A DNA stretch of 63,970 bases, the filler included, from Craspedostauros australis (Eukaryota): the NCBI GenBank assembly GCA_030167865.1. It is 14 parts of 14 records of this genome, joined end to end, with 100 filler letters (N's around TTAATTAATTAA, not from the genome) between each part and the next. Parts side by side here need not be neighbours in the genome. Positions count along the whole stretch, not along the records: positions 13,047 to 15,079 come from JALAGF010000855.1; positions 15,180 to 17,146 come from JALAGF010000856.1; positions 17,247 to 19,490 come from JALAGF010000857.1; positions 19,591 to 32,582 come from JALAGF010000858.1; 10 more parts are not named here. One strand, 5' to 3'. Of the stretch, positions 13,424 through 24,951 are shown piece by piece. Both the position numbers and the translations under genes were made by a program. The notes below the pieces were generated by a model. The model worked only from the letters and a program-made list of their open reading frames with translations. It searched no databases and was not told the origin of the DNA. Each line of letters opens with the position of its first letter. The stretch's first letter is position 1.

Positions 13424-13900
13424 TGTTGAAGTATATATGATTAAATTATAGTCTCTATAGGAGCCCATTTTTTCAGGATCCTGTAGCGACCGTACGGTCA
13501 TTGGCTGACGTGGGTCATATAAAATTGTAATAGTATTATACGAACGACTCCACCTCCAACTTCTAACGTATCGCATATTTGTATCGTAACATAGAAATCG
13601 ATGATACTTCGCTCGGCTTCCACTTGAGTCATAAATCGAACACGCTGAGCATCAGACAACCATGACTTGGTCCATCGTACTTCTCACGCGGGCTAGATCA
13701 CGAAAGACGCTACGGCAGCGCGGCTCTTCAGAATCGATGACCTCAGTGCCGCCGATGCCTCGCGTCTCGTAGCGCCTTTCTCGTTCGCCTTCCGTAGGAC
13801 CAGAGACCAATGTGTCATCCATCGTCTTGACGACGCTAAGGCAGGAGGTCCAGAAAAAGGATTCGTACATCCAGCATCTGCAAACCAAACTCCATTGTTG
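13424..13900 (+). mobile_element. Possible short LTR (13424-13591, TGTT...AACA) followed by degenerate gag-like sequence
   Basis: 4-bp inverted termini and a TATA-like CATATAAAA, then a broken coiled-coil-like frame (LRQEVQKKDSYIQHLQTKL). No second copy seen. Confidence 0.3.
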
Positions 13901-14779
13901 GAAATCCGGGGTTTTAGTTAGTACTGTAATGTAATCCGCTGTGAGAAACTGTACCGTTTTAGAACTGTGAGCACAATCTCACTTTCTCTTCCGATTTCAA
14001 TTTTCATGGTAGGCATCTGTCGCGGTGGTGACACGGGGCGTCCTGTTGTCTCTTAGGTGCTTCCCTCTTCATTCATCATGCTCTGTTCTTGCTTCCTTGT
14101 CTTGGCATTGTTGTTTCTTGCCTCTGTATTGTTGTAGCTGCCTATGCTGGCACAGTAGCAATCTGCAGTCTTGAGCACTTGCCTATCATCTGCTTTCGCT
14201 TGTTGATTTCATGACGCCATTGTCCCACGATCGATGTCAACCTTTGTGATGTTCCAAACCTGTGGCTGTTCTGATCCTTTCTGATATTCCAAACCTGCAG
14301 ATGTTCTTGTCCACAGGAGGGGTGCGTGCTGTCCTCTGAAGGGGTGCGTCACTTGCCCTTCGGCCTGCTGTTCTGATCGACGTCGTCATCTGCTTGGTTG
14401 CCGTGGTTGGTTTGGTATTGGGACCTCCTGATCCACCATAGGTGTTATCCTTATGTTATCAGAAGACAGGCTATCTTCCTCGCGGTTATACAGGTATCAA
14501 TCGCGTCCTTATGCTTAGTCATCGTCATGATGACATGGTATACAAAGGTGTGACAAATAGTCTCCGAACATGTGACGAATAATATTCAAAGCTGTGACGA
14601 ACAATGTTGGGAGGTGCGGCAATCACGGGTATTCCGACAAAGTCGTACCCTCGATTCCTAACACACAAGGACTCACTTGCTTGGACTCACAGCTCTACCG
14701 CGGTTGTGGGGCTAGTGTGTCCCAACTCTTTGTGACCTTTTTGGCAGGTTGCTTGCGATCCATGGCTGCGTACAAACTT

Positions 14780-14872
14780 CTGTAGACTTTGTACCATGAA
14801 ATTGTTGATGTGTTCTGATTTGGATTTTATTGTTGTTACTGTGTGTTTTGGATTTTCGGGTTCTGGTATTAT
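14780..14872 (-). mobile_element. Diverged 5' end related to the LINE-like elements at 53-57 kb
   Basis: Shares TGTAGA..TTGTTGATGTGT..TTTTCGGGTTCTGGTATTAT with 54592-54683 and 57521-57611. Confidence 0.55.
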
Positions 14873-14934
14873 GTACATAAGCTTGGCCAGTTGTGTTGTG
14901 AAAACTGGAGTGAATTAGATTCCAAGAATCCTGG

Positions 14935-15078
14935 TTATTTCAATGATGTGAGGAGACCAATCTGAGTTGGAAGCGGTCTGGTGAATTTGGTCAATACTAG
15001 ATCAAGATAGGTGAGCGCTGTCAGTTGACCAATCTCGGATGGAAGCTTCCCAGTCAAGCCAGTAGATGAAAGATCAAG
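14935..15078 (-). pseudogene. Leucine-rich-repeat gene fragment (24-aa plant-type LRR)
   Basis: Translates LDLSSTGLTGKLPSEIGQLTALTYLDLVLTKFTRPLPTQIGLLTSLK*; stops mid-repeat; cut by a gap at the other end. Confidence 0.7.
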
Positions 15079-15721
15079 GNNNNNNNNNNNNNNNNNNNNN
15101 NNNNNNNNNNNNNNNNNNNNNNNTTAATTAATTAANNNNNNNNNNNNNNNNNNNNNNNNNNNNNNNNNNNNNNNNNNNNTGGCTGTGAATTCCTTCGGTT
15201 CGCACAATCACTGGCGCGTCACATCGGTTCACAACTCCTTCGCTATCCCAGTCATTCATCCGAGTTCGGGTCGCGCGCCAACACATCGCCCAAACGGGAA
15301 ATTCACACGGTCCTGACTGACATTTTTCCATCGGTCATACTTCGCCTCGGATTAAGCACGGTCATCTTCGCATTCATCAATCGGGAAATTCACACGGTCC
15401 CGTCTGGCCTTCCATCCGTCAGTCAGTCACAATTCGAGACANNNNNNNNNNNNNNNNNNNNNNNNNNNNNNNNNNNNNNNNNNNNNNNNACGCCTTCGCC
15501 ATCACTGGCGCTTTGCATCCGGCACCACTTCCATTCCCGACGAATTCCGACAAGCGCAGAAATCCACCGTCACATCCCAGCGAACGCTTCGACATCACAG
15601 CGGACGGCGCAGTCATTTCCAAGTGTGACCACTTTCCTGGGAGCTGCGGGAATTTACTCGTCCGATAAAATAGCAACAAATCCGGACCAACAACCGCCTC
15701 CTCGCAACACTCAACAACACG

Positions 15722-17145
15722 ATGCCCGATCCACTCCCAATCAACGACACCATCCTCAAGCACGTCCTCGGCGTTCTCGGATATGACGACTCGTCTACTG
15801 AATGGCTTATCTTGCACACCGAAGAGATCCGAACCATCATGGATTTCGCTTCGCTCCATCGCGAAGACATGCTCGATATGAACGCCACCATCCAGGTGCC
15901 TGATCCAGAACCCGACTACGTAGCCCAACTGTCTAAGGTAGCAATCCGGAAATTCACCAATGCCATTGGCTGGTTCAGCGTTCAACCTAATCCCACTGCA
16001 GAGACATGGCGGGAACTCAAGCAAGCTTCATACATGGAGTATGTCGCCCGGACGTTCACACCCTCGCCCGCATCCTCAGCCGCCATGCCTGACGGAACCA
16101 CCAGCGCATTCCCCTTCGAACCAACGAAAACCGAACCGACGGAGAAGACCGGGCGCGACCTTGCCGCAGATTTCAACCGCAGCATTAAGCGTAACAATAG
16201 TGACTATCCCAAGTTGTCTGATGACAAGTACTTCGCTACATTCCATCGTCGTCTGCGTGCCACTGCTGCTGCTCATGGCATCTCCAAAGTTATCGATGTT
16301 GACTACACCCCGCCCGATGAACAAGCCGAGCTCTTCAAAGTGCAGTCCACCTTCCTGTTCAACGTGTTTGTATCCAACCTGCAGACCACGAAGAGTAGGA
16401 AGTGTGTCACGCCGTACGAGTCGATCTGTGATGGGCAAGCCGTCTACTGCATGCTGGTTCGCGAGTACACCACCGGTGCTACTGCCGTCAACACCATCCG
16501 ACGAATCCGCGACGACATCATCAAGTTCAAGCTGGACAAGCAGTGGCGCAAGACTCGTGAGCAGTTCCTGGACCTGTGGCAACACAAGGTGCACGAGCTT
16601 GAGGCATTGCGTGATGACCCGATCGACGACGCAACGAAGAAGGAGTGGTTGACCAACGCCATCGAGGCCGACAAGGCTCTGTACCAGTCTATCTTCCAGA
16701 CTGACTACCTGCAGACCGCGATCCTGGCCTACACACCCGGCACGTCGGCGACCACCATGGAATTCGACACCCTCGTGGAGCTCGTTCGATCCTACGCTGT
16801 GCAACTCGACGGCTATGACGCCAGCAAACCGAAGCCACAACGCCAGGCCAACAACTCCAAACAGCAGAAGCAGAGAGAGAAAGGCAAGGACGAAGGACCC
16901 AACCTCTGGAAGCCCAACAAGGACTACAGCAAGGAGACGCGAGAGCGGCTGCCGCGTGAGGAGTTCAAGAAGCTGACAGACAAGCAGCGCAAAGACTTCC
17001 TCAAAGCTCGACGTGCCAACTCAGGCCGCGGCAAGAGTGACAACTCACAGCGTTCCGCCAACAACACCAACCGCAATGGCTCCACATCCAACCAGAACGA
17101 CCAACAGGACACCCAGACCAACGACAATGGTAGTAACAATAACGA
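15722..17145 (+). mobile_element. Ty1/copia (CoDi-like) retrotransposon gag ORF, 3'-truncated by gap
   Basis: IKRNNSDYPKLSDDKYF, ATAAAHGISKVIDVDYTP, DGQAVYCML and LDKQWRKTREQFL resemble diatom copia Gag; ends in a basic/Asn-rich tail. Recognised from memory of the family. Confidence 0.8.
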
Positions 17146-18619
17146 ANNNNNNNNNNNNNNNNNNNNNNNNNNNNNNNNNNNNNNNNNNNNTTAATTAATT
17201 AANNNNNNNNNNNNNNNNNNNNNNNNNNNNNNNNNNNNNNNNNNNNACTGGATGAGGGTGCTTGGATGTCGCATAAGACAGGTAAGGCCATTGGGCTGTC
17301 CGAGTGCAACTGGTCGATTGCTAGGTTGCGTTTTGTCTGGGAGGTGCTATTGGGGGTTGCGGCAATCATGGGTATCTTTGCACTTAATACCATTCCGGTT
17401 CCGGTCAGTCCTCATGGGAGCTGCGGTAGAACACGGTATCTTTGCAAAGTCGTACCCCCGATTCCTGACAAACATCGCAGAAGAGTTGGTCCGTAATCGA
17501 AGAGGGAAGAGACATCGCTGTGCGGTATTGTTGATGGGGATACGAATTGGGAGAACAAAGAAGACTCAATTAGAATGCAATCAACACAGGTGCCTGTCGC
17601 AAATACAACGACATCAGAGACGTGACAAGAACAGGAGAGTAGAAGCAAAACACAAGGGATCAATCAGTGCGAACAGAACAGTGATCGAGAGATGGCGAGT
17701 AATCGATGGCCACATGCAGTATAGTAGGTACTACAATCGCAGCACACAAGGACGAAGATGATTGCATCGAATTCCATGAGTGGCATGCAGGACCATGATA
17801 GGTACAGTAGACAGCAGCATAACGAGGTCAGTGGAACAGTCACTTTGCACGTGGCTTACTGATGAATTGGATGGAGAAAATGAAGTAGGATGAATTGCAA
17901 GAGTATGCAGACAACTATTGGACCACAGGCAAGGGCNNNNNNNNNNNNNNNNNNNCGAATGTGAGTAGGAGCAGAGGGGAGAGCAAGGGAGCAGCAACTA
18001 GCAGGATCTGCATGATGAAGCATGAGGAGACGACAAGGATGACACGAGCAGGAAGCAGGCACCAACATGGATACCATGGACGATAATAGTATGGTGCAAA
18101 GTGACGCATTGCCTTTCAGTTGAGTCTGACGAAGGTAGGAGTGCGCGATGAACAGCACGCTGTGTGTATGGATGTGCCCATGTATTTTAGTCTACTTCGT
18201 CACAGTGGGCACGCACGGGAGAATAGCGGAGAACCCGATTCACTGCCGAAGATAAACCGAGTGCGCCGGATGAGGCGCATGCTCTATACGAATGGTATCA
18301 CATCGAATTTGTAGTACCACACCAAGGTACTCATCATATGGTATACGCAAAGGAGCTCGAAGAGAGTTCAGAGGTCGCAGACATTTCAACCCACGTCATC
18401 ATGTCCAGTAACGTGACAACCTGTCAGGCTTGCCGGGAACGTCATTGCGAAGGGCTCTCTCCAAAATTGCCGCGGCTCCCAAAACACTGAACGGCAACCA
18501 ACCGAACTGCGAGCCGGCAAGGGGCTGCAAACTCGTCCAAGCGGAGTAGTACACCTCAATTTGGGTTTCACGCGTGTAATAACTTGCCGTGACTGGGTAT
18601 CTCAGGACAGATTCCCAAG

Positions 18620-18850
18620 AACATTGAACCTTCGGCAAAAAACAACGAATTTTGTGCTGTTGGACCACCTGTCTGATATGTTTGCATAGATAGATCCATA
18701 AAACTTCAACTAGGACATAACTAAAATTCTGTTGGTTGATTCTTTACGAGGAGATTACAAGTATTACGAATATGTGCTTGGTTTGGATATCGCAGACCAA
18801 GAATTAGAATGTCCATTTCTAAGTGCAGGTCGACCCGCTCGAGGGGCTCG
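18620..18850 (-). mobile_element. End of TA-flanked DNA transposon/MITE family (Tc1/mariner-like)
   Basis: Minus strand TA|CGAGCCCCTCGAGCGGGTCGACC...CCAAACCAAGCACATATTCGTAAT, shared with other copies. Inner boundary approximate. Confidence 0.6.
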
Positions 18851-18913
18851 TAACGAAAATGCCGTCTTGTTTTTACGCAGTGCATGTCAGGAATAGCATG
18901 TAATACTCTGAAA

Positions 18914-19015
18914 CCGCATGAAGATCAGCAGCATGTCAGTGGCACACCACATGCAGATCAGCATCATGTCAGTAACACACCGCATGAAGATCAGCAACAT
19001 GTCAGTGGCGCACCA
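18914..19015. repeat. 33-bp tandem repeat, ~3 copies
   Basis: Unit CCRCATGMAGATCAGCANCATGTCAGTRRCRCA. Confidence 0.8.
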
Positions 19016-19590
19016 GGCGAAGAGAATTGTGCGAGTGAGACAATGAATGCAAAGTGTGAATACAAAAATGAAGAAAGGAAATTGTGTGACAAGATGGAAA
19101 TCTTGGTCTCGTGATTCGCCACCAAGAACAAGAAAACGATGACGACAACAAAGCAAAATGAGAAACAAAGCACAATTTGTGTGAAGCAAGGACTCTGAAT
19201 TCACGGTCAGTGGATTTCTCAACAAGTGTGGTCTCCAGTTTGTGTTAGGAGGTGGTTCCGGTTGGCTGTCTCCTGAGAGGGCGGAAACCTTCCTTTGGAG
19301 GGCGGTTTTCCTTCGGAGGAAGAATTGGCCCTCGCTGAACCCCCAATCTTCCTCCAGAGGAAGGGTGTACTAAGAACACCGCGAAACAAACTCACAGGAA
19401 TCACCTCGTTGCCTCCGAAATCGACACAAAGTCTCATAAAACAGATCAATCATCAGATTGGAAACGCCAGCAACCAGCAATCAACTAACANNNNNNNNNN
19501 NNNNNNNNNNNNNNNNNNNNNNNNNNNNNNNNNNTTAATTAATTAANNNNNNNNNNNNNNNNNNNNNNNNNNNNNNNNNNNNNNNNNNNN

Positions 19591-19889
19591 TACCAAACGA
19601 ACGACAATCCCGGCGTCTATTCCGTGATTGGATACCATACGATAAATGCATGAGAACATGATCGAACTTTCTGCAAAACAACTAGGAATTTCACAGGGAT
19701 CGACCCATACGACTTCAGAAAGCCTTTGAATATGCATAAAACTTAAAATAGGATCTATCTCAAAAATGTAATGGTTAATTATTTATAAGAAGAGGTGGGA
19801 GAATACGATTATATGCTTGGTTTGGATCTACTGAATAAATGTTCTTGAGTCCCGTAACAAAGTGCAGGTCGACTCACTAAGTTGGCTCA
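19591..19889 (-). mobile_element. End of the same TA-flanked transposon family
   Basis: Minus strand TA|TGAGCCAACTTAGTGAGTCGACC...CCAAACCAAGCATATAATCGTA. Confidence 0.55.
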
Positions 19890-20258
19890 TATGTACTGAT
19901 CTCTGGAGGGAGACAAACTTCGAGTAGCAACATACTAATGCATACAAATGTTGTCCACATCGACAAGACTACTCGCACTCTTGCTGTATTGCAAGCTCGA
20001 TCTTTTGGTTTCGGTCGAGGTGCGTTGTTCGAACTAGGGCTGAAACTCAATTACGAGGAAAAGGACCGTACTTACAACAAAGTATGGTACTATGCGAGCC
20101 GGAGTGCTCGTATCTCTTTTAACTGCGGCGTCATTACGAGTGCGTGGCAAAGCCTTCGACCAAATTGCGCATGGCATACCCGTTGTCCCATCTATGGGTA
20201 TGGCACGATGTACATGCTCAACTCAATTGGACGCGACGTCGCACTTGTGCTGTTGAAG

Positions 20259-21797
20259 TCACGCCATTGCAACGATCTCGATCATTGGATCCGGACAATC
20301 CTTGAGCAAGCGAAAGCACATGTCGAGCACATTATGACGATCGTCTTTGGTTTCTTGCGGATTGGCTTGCGCCACCGCGACATACGTTGTCGCAGAAGAA
20401 GGCACAGCGATGGTAGTTGCACTTGTCGTAGATTCCGCGTGCAGCGCATGAGCAGAATCCTCCAAATCAATCGAGCGCATGCCGCATTCGATGCAGCCGC
20501 CGTCGCCATTCGCATCTGACGATTTGGATGCCACCAGCATGAAGGGATACAGGCCGGTCACAGGGTCTGGCATGCGTAAGGACTCCGGATACGACTTCAC
20601 CAGCGCTTCGATCGTGCGTTGGCCGATAGTGTCATTCACCATGGCGTAATGCAGCGGCAGTCGCCCAGAAGCATCGCAAATGTGGGAACCATGCGGGTAG
20701 GCCTCCAGCAATAATTCGACGATCGGAACGATGTCAGAATGGGCGACTGCGGGACTTTGGGCAGCATGGTGCAGCGGCAGCCTGTCGTGGGCATCGTCTA
20801 CCTCGTACACATCTCCCTCGATGTGCATTGCGTCGCCGCATTCGTGCAGATGCAACAGCAGGAGTCGCACCAACAACGGCGGACATCGCGGAGTGCCGCA
20901 GATGTCGTGGAAGGTCACGTTCTGTGGGTGCTTCTGTCGGCTTGACGCGATGAGCTGCACGGCGTACTGCAAGAATTGATTCGGCGTGATGACGTTCATC
21001 CAGGACGACGTACCCCGCGCCATGGAAAAGACATGATGGAACGTCTGCGAGCCCTGCTCGGCAGTGATGGCCCAGCCGAACCTCATCACGTTCTTCCACA
21101 GCAAGGACAACGCGTTGTCACCGTGAACGTCTTCGTGCAGGATCGCGTGGGGCGCAGCATCGAGGATGGTTTGGAAGACTCTGTCATTGAGGGTGCGATT
21201 GTAGGCGCACATGACGTGAATGGGGTAGAATCCGGTCGTCATTGGAACCGCGCATTGGGAAGGGTCAAATTCCAGCAATGCCGCGACGATCGATTCCAGG
21301 TCGTACGCGTTCCGATGTAGTGCGACGTGCAGCGGTGAGACGCCGTGGACGTTCGTCGTGAAGGAACGCGTCTGTATTGCATCCGGGGTGTCATCTTGTG
21401 GACACGCCGCTGCCTGTGCCTGTGCCTGTGCCTGCGCCAATGCCTTGCTTTGGGTGGATTGGCGGCAAAGGTCCATGCACTCCTTGAGCTGCTGCAACTG
21501 AGATCGAATGACGTCAACAGGAGCGTTGGTCATCAAGAGCCTGTGCAATTCGGTGTCTCCGTGGATATTGCGTTGCATCGGGCTGGGGCATGTGCTGCAC
21601 ACCATCCAGTCGTTGGTTTGTGGCATTGCGGCTTCAGAATTCATTGTTGGCAGAGTGGCGGTGGATTTCTTCCTCTGTCTCTGACGTTGCAACCAGCAGG
21701 ACAATGCGAAGTGATGCTTCTCCCAGGATGTGGTGTTGTAGAATTTCCTGAGGGATGCTTGTGAGAGTCGCTCGAGTTCCTTCAGCGATGCATCCAT
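20259..21797 (-). CDS. Ankyrin-like repeat protein
   Basis: Repeated GDTELH, GVSPLHVA, GFYPIH, RLPLHHA and GRLPLHYA motifs, plus a DPVTGLYPFMLVA C-terminal motif. Confidence 0.85.
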   Translation of the reverse strand: MDASLKELERLSQASLRKFYNTTSWEKHHFALSCWLQRQRQRKKSTATLPTMNSEAAMPQTNDWMVCSTCPSPMQRNIHGDTELHRLLMTNAPVDVIRSQLQQLKECMDLCRQSTQSKALAQAQAQAQAAACPQDDTPDAIQTRSFTTNVHGVSPLHVALHRNAYDLESIVAALLEFDPSQCAVPMTTGFYPIHVMCAYNRTLNDRVFQTILDAAPHAILHEDVHGDNALSLLWKNVMRFGWAITAEQGSQTFHHVFSMARGTSSWMNVITPNQFLQYAVQLIASSRQKHPQNVTFHDICGTPRCPPLLVRLLLLHLHECGDAMHIEGDVYEVDDAHDRLPLHHAAQSPAVAHSDIVPIVELLLEAYPHGSHICDASGRLPLHYAMVNDTIGQRTIEALVKSYPESLRMPDPVTGLYPFMLVASKSSDANGDGGCIECGMRSIDLEDSAHALHAESTTSATTIAVPSSATTYVAVAQANPQETKDDRHNVLDMCFRLLKDCPDPMIEIVAMA

Positions 21798-23468
21798 GTT
21801 GTGTGTGTGAGACGTACGCTTGCTCCTGAGATATGGAGAATGGAACAGAGTTCTGTATAGTATAGGAACGTGTGTGGTATTGCGTTGTGTGTATTGCAAT
21901 TACTCGACTCGAATCAATTCGATATTGATATTGGTGCTCCTGTCGTACAACAGGATGAGGTTGTGTCGTCTTTTGTTGTGAAATGTGGTCAGAGTCTGGA
22001 ACGTGCTGATGTCTGGTTCCGTCCTGCTGTTCTTGTGATGGGTTGGGCCGGGCTTCACTTTATGCGATGTGATGCGATGCGATGCGATCCGGTTTGCTTG
22101 GATGGGATTGAAGCGACGGCTTCCGATGTTGTGTTCTCACTTGATCGATGGCAATAGCAGCGAAGCGGAACCAATCGAGAGGCAAGTGCACGAGATGGTG
22201 CTGTGTTGATTTTGTGAGAACCGCAGGAAGTTCAGAGTCACTGAATGATTGAACAAATGCATCAATGAATCAATGAATGAACGAATGGTTGGTGGTGGGC
22301 TCGTTGCTTGATTGGCCTCGCGTTTGGCCGCAATGCGCAATGAACTCCAATGCGATGCATGAATTGGGGTGAGACGGAGGATCGGAAGATGGAATACATT
22401 CGCAGAACAATTCCGAAATGAAAATGGCAGGGCGACAGAAGGAAGATGGTGGCAGAGGTTCGGCTCCCGTTTGGTGTGGTCGTGGTCATGTGTTTGTTTG
22501 TTTGTGTTCTGTGAGGTGATGTGGCGTGACGTTGGGTGAGATGTCGTGCGTCGCCTCCAGTGTCGATAAGTGGAATGCCTGACAGCGTTGACGTCACTTA
22601 ACCACGAAAGAGATTTCCGTTGTCAACGTCACTGCCGTGTCGGAGACAAACTACTGCATCATGACTCGCTATTGGTATGTGCGAAGAGCAAAGCGCAAAA
22701 GATGCGCTGACCCATCATTGCTGGAACGGAATGCAATGGGCCAGACAGAGTACGGAGCACAGAACAGAACAAAGTGGGAAGCTTGCCAAATTCGGAATTG
22801 AGATTCATGTGGACTGGCTGGGCGGAGATGCATGATCGCCTCATGGAGTAATACGGCACTCTGTTCGTGAAGTATCCGTATCCGTAGGCTATTTGTACGG
22901 CACGACCTATGTAAGAAATCTGCAACTCGACCGATAGAGCACGATAGTCTGCAGAAGAGGACTGGTGTGATCCCAAGGAATCAGAGGCGCTGTAGAGTAG
23001 TCGTACAAAATGCCATTGATGACGCCAATCCCTCGAATGCTATCCATGGTAAAGTACTGTATGCTAGATTGGTGTTTCGTCGTATCTTGTTTGTACGAGT
23101 AGACCGGTGATAAACTTGGAGATGTAGCCTGGAGAGTCAGTTTGGTGCACTCCGCGATGCTCTATCCCAGTATGGTACAAGGTGGATCCATACCTGATCA
23201 ACTGATCATCAACCATTACAATGCTGTGGTCGGCATGTTGCCTGTCGCAGCTGCTTCCGAAATGACAATCTGATGTATAATACCATACTCTGCGAGTAGA
23301 GCGGGCATTGACTCCCGCGATAACGTAGCAATCCCGGTGATAGTCCTCATCGGAGGATATTATTCAATTGTAGCGTCTTGGTATGCACGCATGTGCTTTC
23401 CCTGTGCAGGTATCGTTCCGGCAATCTTCTCTCATACTCGTACTCGTAGTGCATATGACATGCATCTT

Positions 23469-24239
23469 CTAAAACGCCCCTTCGATCGGTGGTGTTGGCG
23501 GTTGCGATGGAGGTGTTGTCCCGCCTGGCCTCGCATCCTCCGTTTCTTGCAGCACCTGCAAGGTGAGCTTGGCCGTTCGGATGGTTTGCAGTCGCACCGC
23601 CTGATCCAACGGTGAAAGATCGGACGGACCATCTGCTGCCAACGATTCCACCGTGACTCCGTCACCACCATGCCCCGCCGCATAACTCTTGACGAGGCGC
23701 TCAACGACAGTGCCGTACACCTTTGGAATGGAGTCTGGCACGATGTCGACGTCGCCTCCGAACTTCGTGGGATGGTTCATCTGTGAGAGCAGGTAGTAGA
23801 CGACGCACAACCAATCCTGGCGCAAGGTAATTTCCTCAGCCATCAATGGGCGGCCTGCCGTCTGCTTGGGGCACGCCTCCAAGGCTTCTTCGATTGTGGC
23901 AATGGAAAATCCAAATTCGTATCCGCTGATGGCGGCCACGATGAAGAGCTTGAGGACGTCGACGTACCCCGTGCGCAGCTGCATGCAGGCGTTGACGAAG
24001 GAGACTTCGAGGAGCTCGGCGATGCCAGCTGGATCGGTGGTGTCGGGGAAGGTGTAGTTGGTGCCATCGTACAGCGGTTTCATGTCGGTCGAAGCGCCCG
24101 GCATCGCTGGACCTTGGTTGCCATTCTCGGTCACGAAGATGGATGTCGGAGACGCTCTCTGCGCTGGACGATTCCATGGGAAGGATGGCTGAAAGCAAGC
24201 GCAGGCTGAGGCTAACAGCGCTGCGATAGTGATCCGCAT
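23469..24239 (-). CDS. Uncharacterised protein with probable bipartite plastid pre-sequence
   Basis: MRITIAALLASACAC-FQP (signal peptide with Phe at +1); globular core (LRTGYVDVLKLFI, AGRPLMAEE); coding-like codon use. Confidence 0.8.
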   Translation of the reverse strand: MRITIAALLASACACFQPSFPWNRPAQRASPTSIFVTENGNQGPAMPGASTDMKPLYDGTNYTFPDTTDPAGIAELLEVSFVNACMQLRTGYVDVLKLFIVAAISGYEFGFSIATIEEALEACPKQTAGRPLMAEEITLRQDWLCVVYYLLSQMNHPTKFGGDVDIVPDSIPKVYGTVVERLVKSYAAGHGGDGVTVESLAADGPSDLSPLDQAVRLQTIRTAKLTLQVLQETEDARPGGTTPPSQPPTPPIEGAF

Positions 24240-24951
24240 CGCGGTTTGCCTGCGTGATGATATCGTCATTCTGTCCTAACAAGGCGTTGGATTGATCAGA
24301 AGTCGTACTCACTCTTCTGTGGAGAGTTCAGCTTGGAGGATGTCCGTGTGGATGGGGTTGAGTGATGTGGAATTGTGAGTATGGCAAGGTGCAGATGGGA
24401 ACAGAATTCTATTAGTACTCTGCTCGGGCCAATAGAGTGCAGCAAATCTGGAGATGTGGTGACCGTCAGTGATGTGTTCAGCAGAGATTGGATCTTCTTT
24501 TGTGGGTGGTGCCTGTTGGTGATGGCGGTGGTGTTGACGCAGCCTGATGTCTGTGCGTAACCAGAGAGAGAGATGCCAACACGACAGAAGAGAACACAGA
24601 AAAAGTGAGAATCTACGACCCATCCGACTCGTCGCTTCTCCCTCCGGCGAATGGACGAAATCGAGATCTCTCTGCATCTCCAACACGACCAACCACCACC
24701 ATTTGTTGGAGCATGGAATAGCGTGACCTATTGCATGGCACATGGCTCGCACTTGTGTGGCCGGGATGCCAATACGGGCACCATACGACCTACCACACAC
24801 ACTCATGCATCACTGCCATAGGTCGTAGTCGTACAATTCAACTCACAACTCGGCCATCATTCACTCAATCGATTCTGCTCGACCCAACTCAACTCAACTC
24901 ATCTCGACGCAACCGCATTACTTGGTGCTATTGTCGAACAGCCATGCCACG

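Noticed and set aside
17500..18600. Possible LTR or internal retrotransposon sequence
   Set aside because: No second copy, boundaries or coding motifs that I could support.
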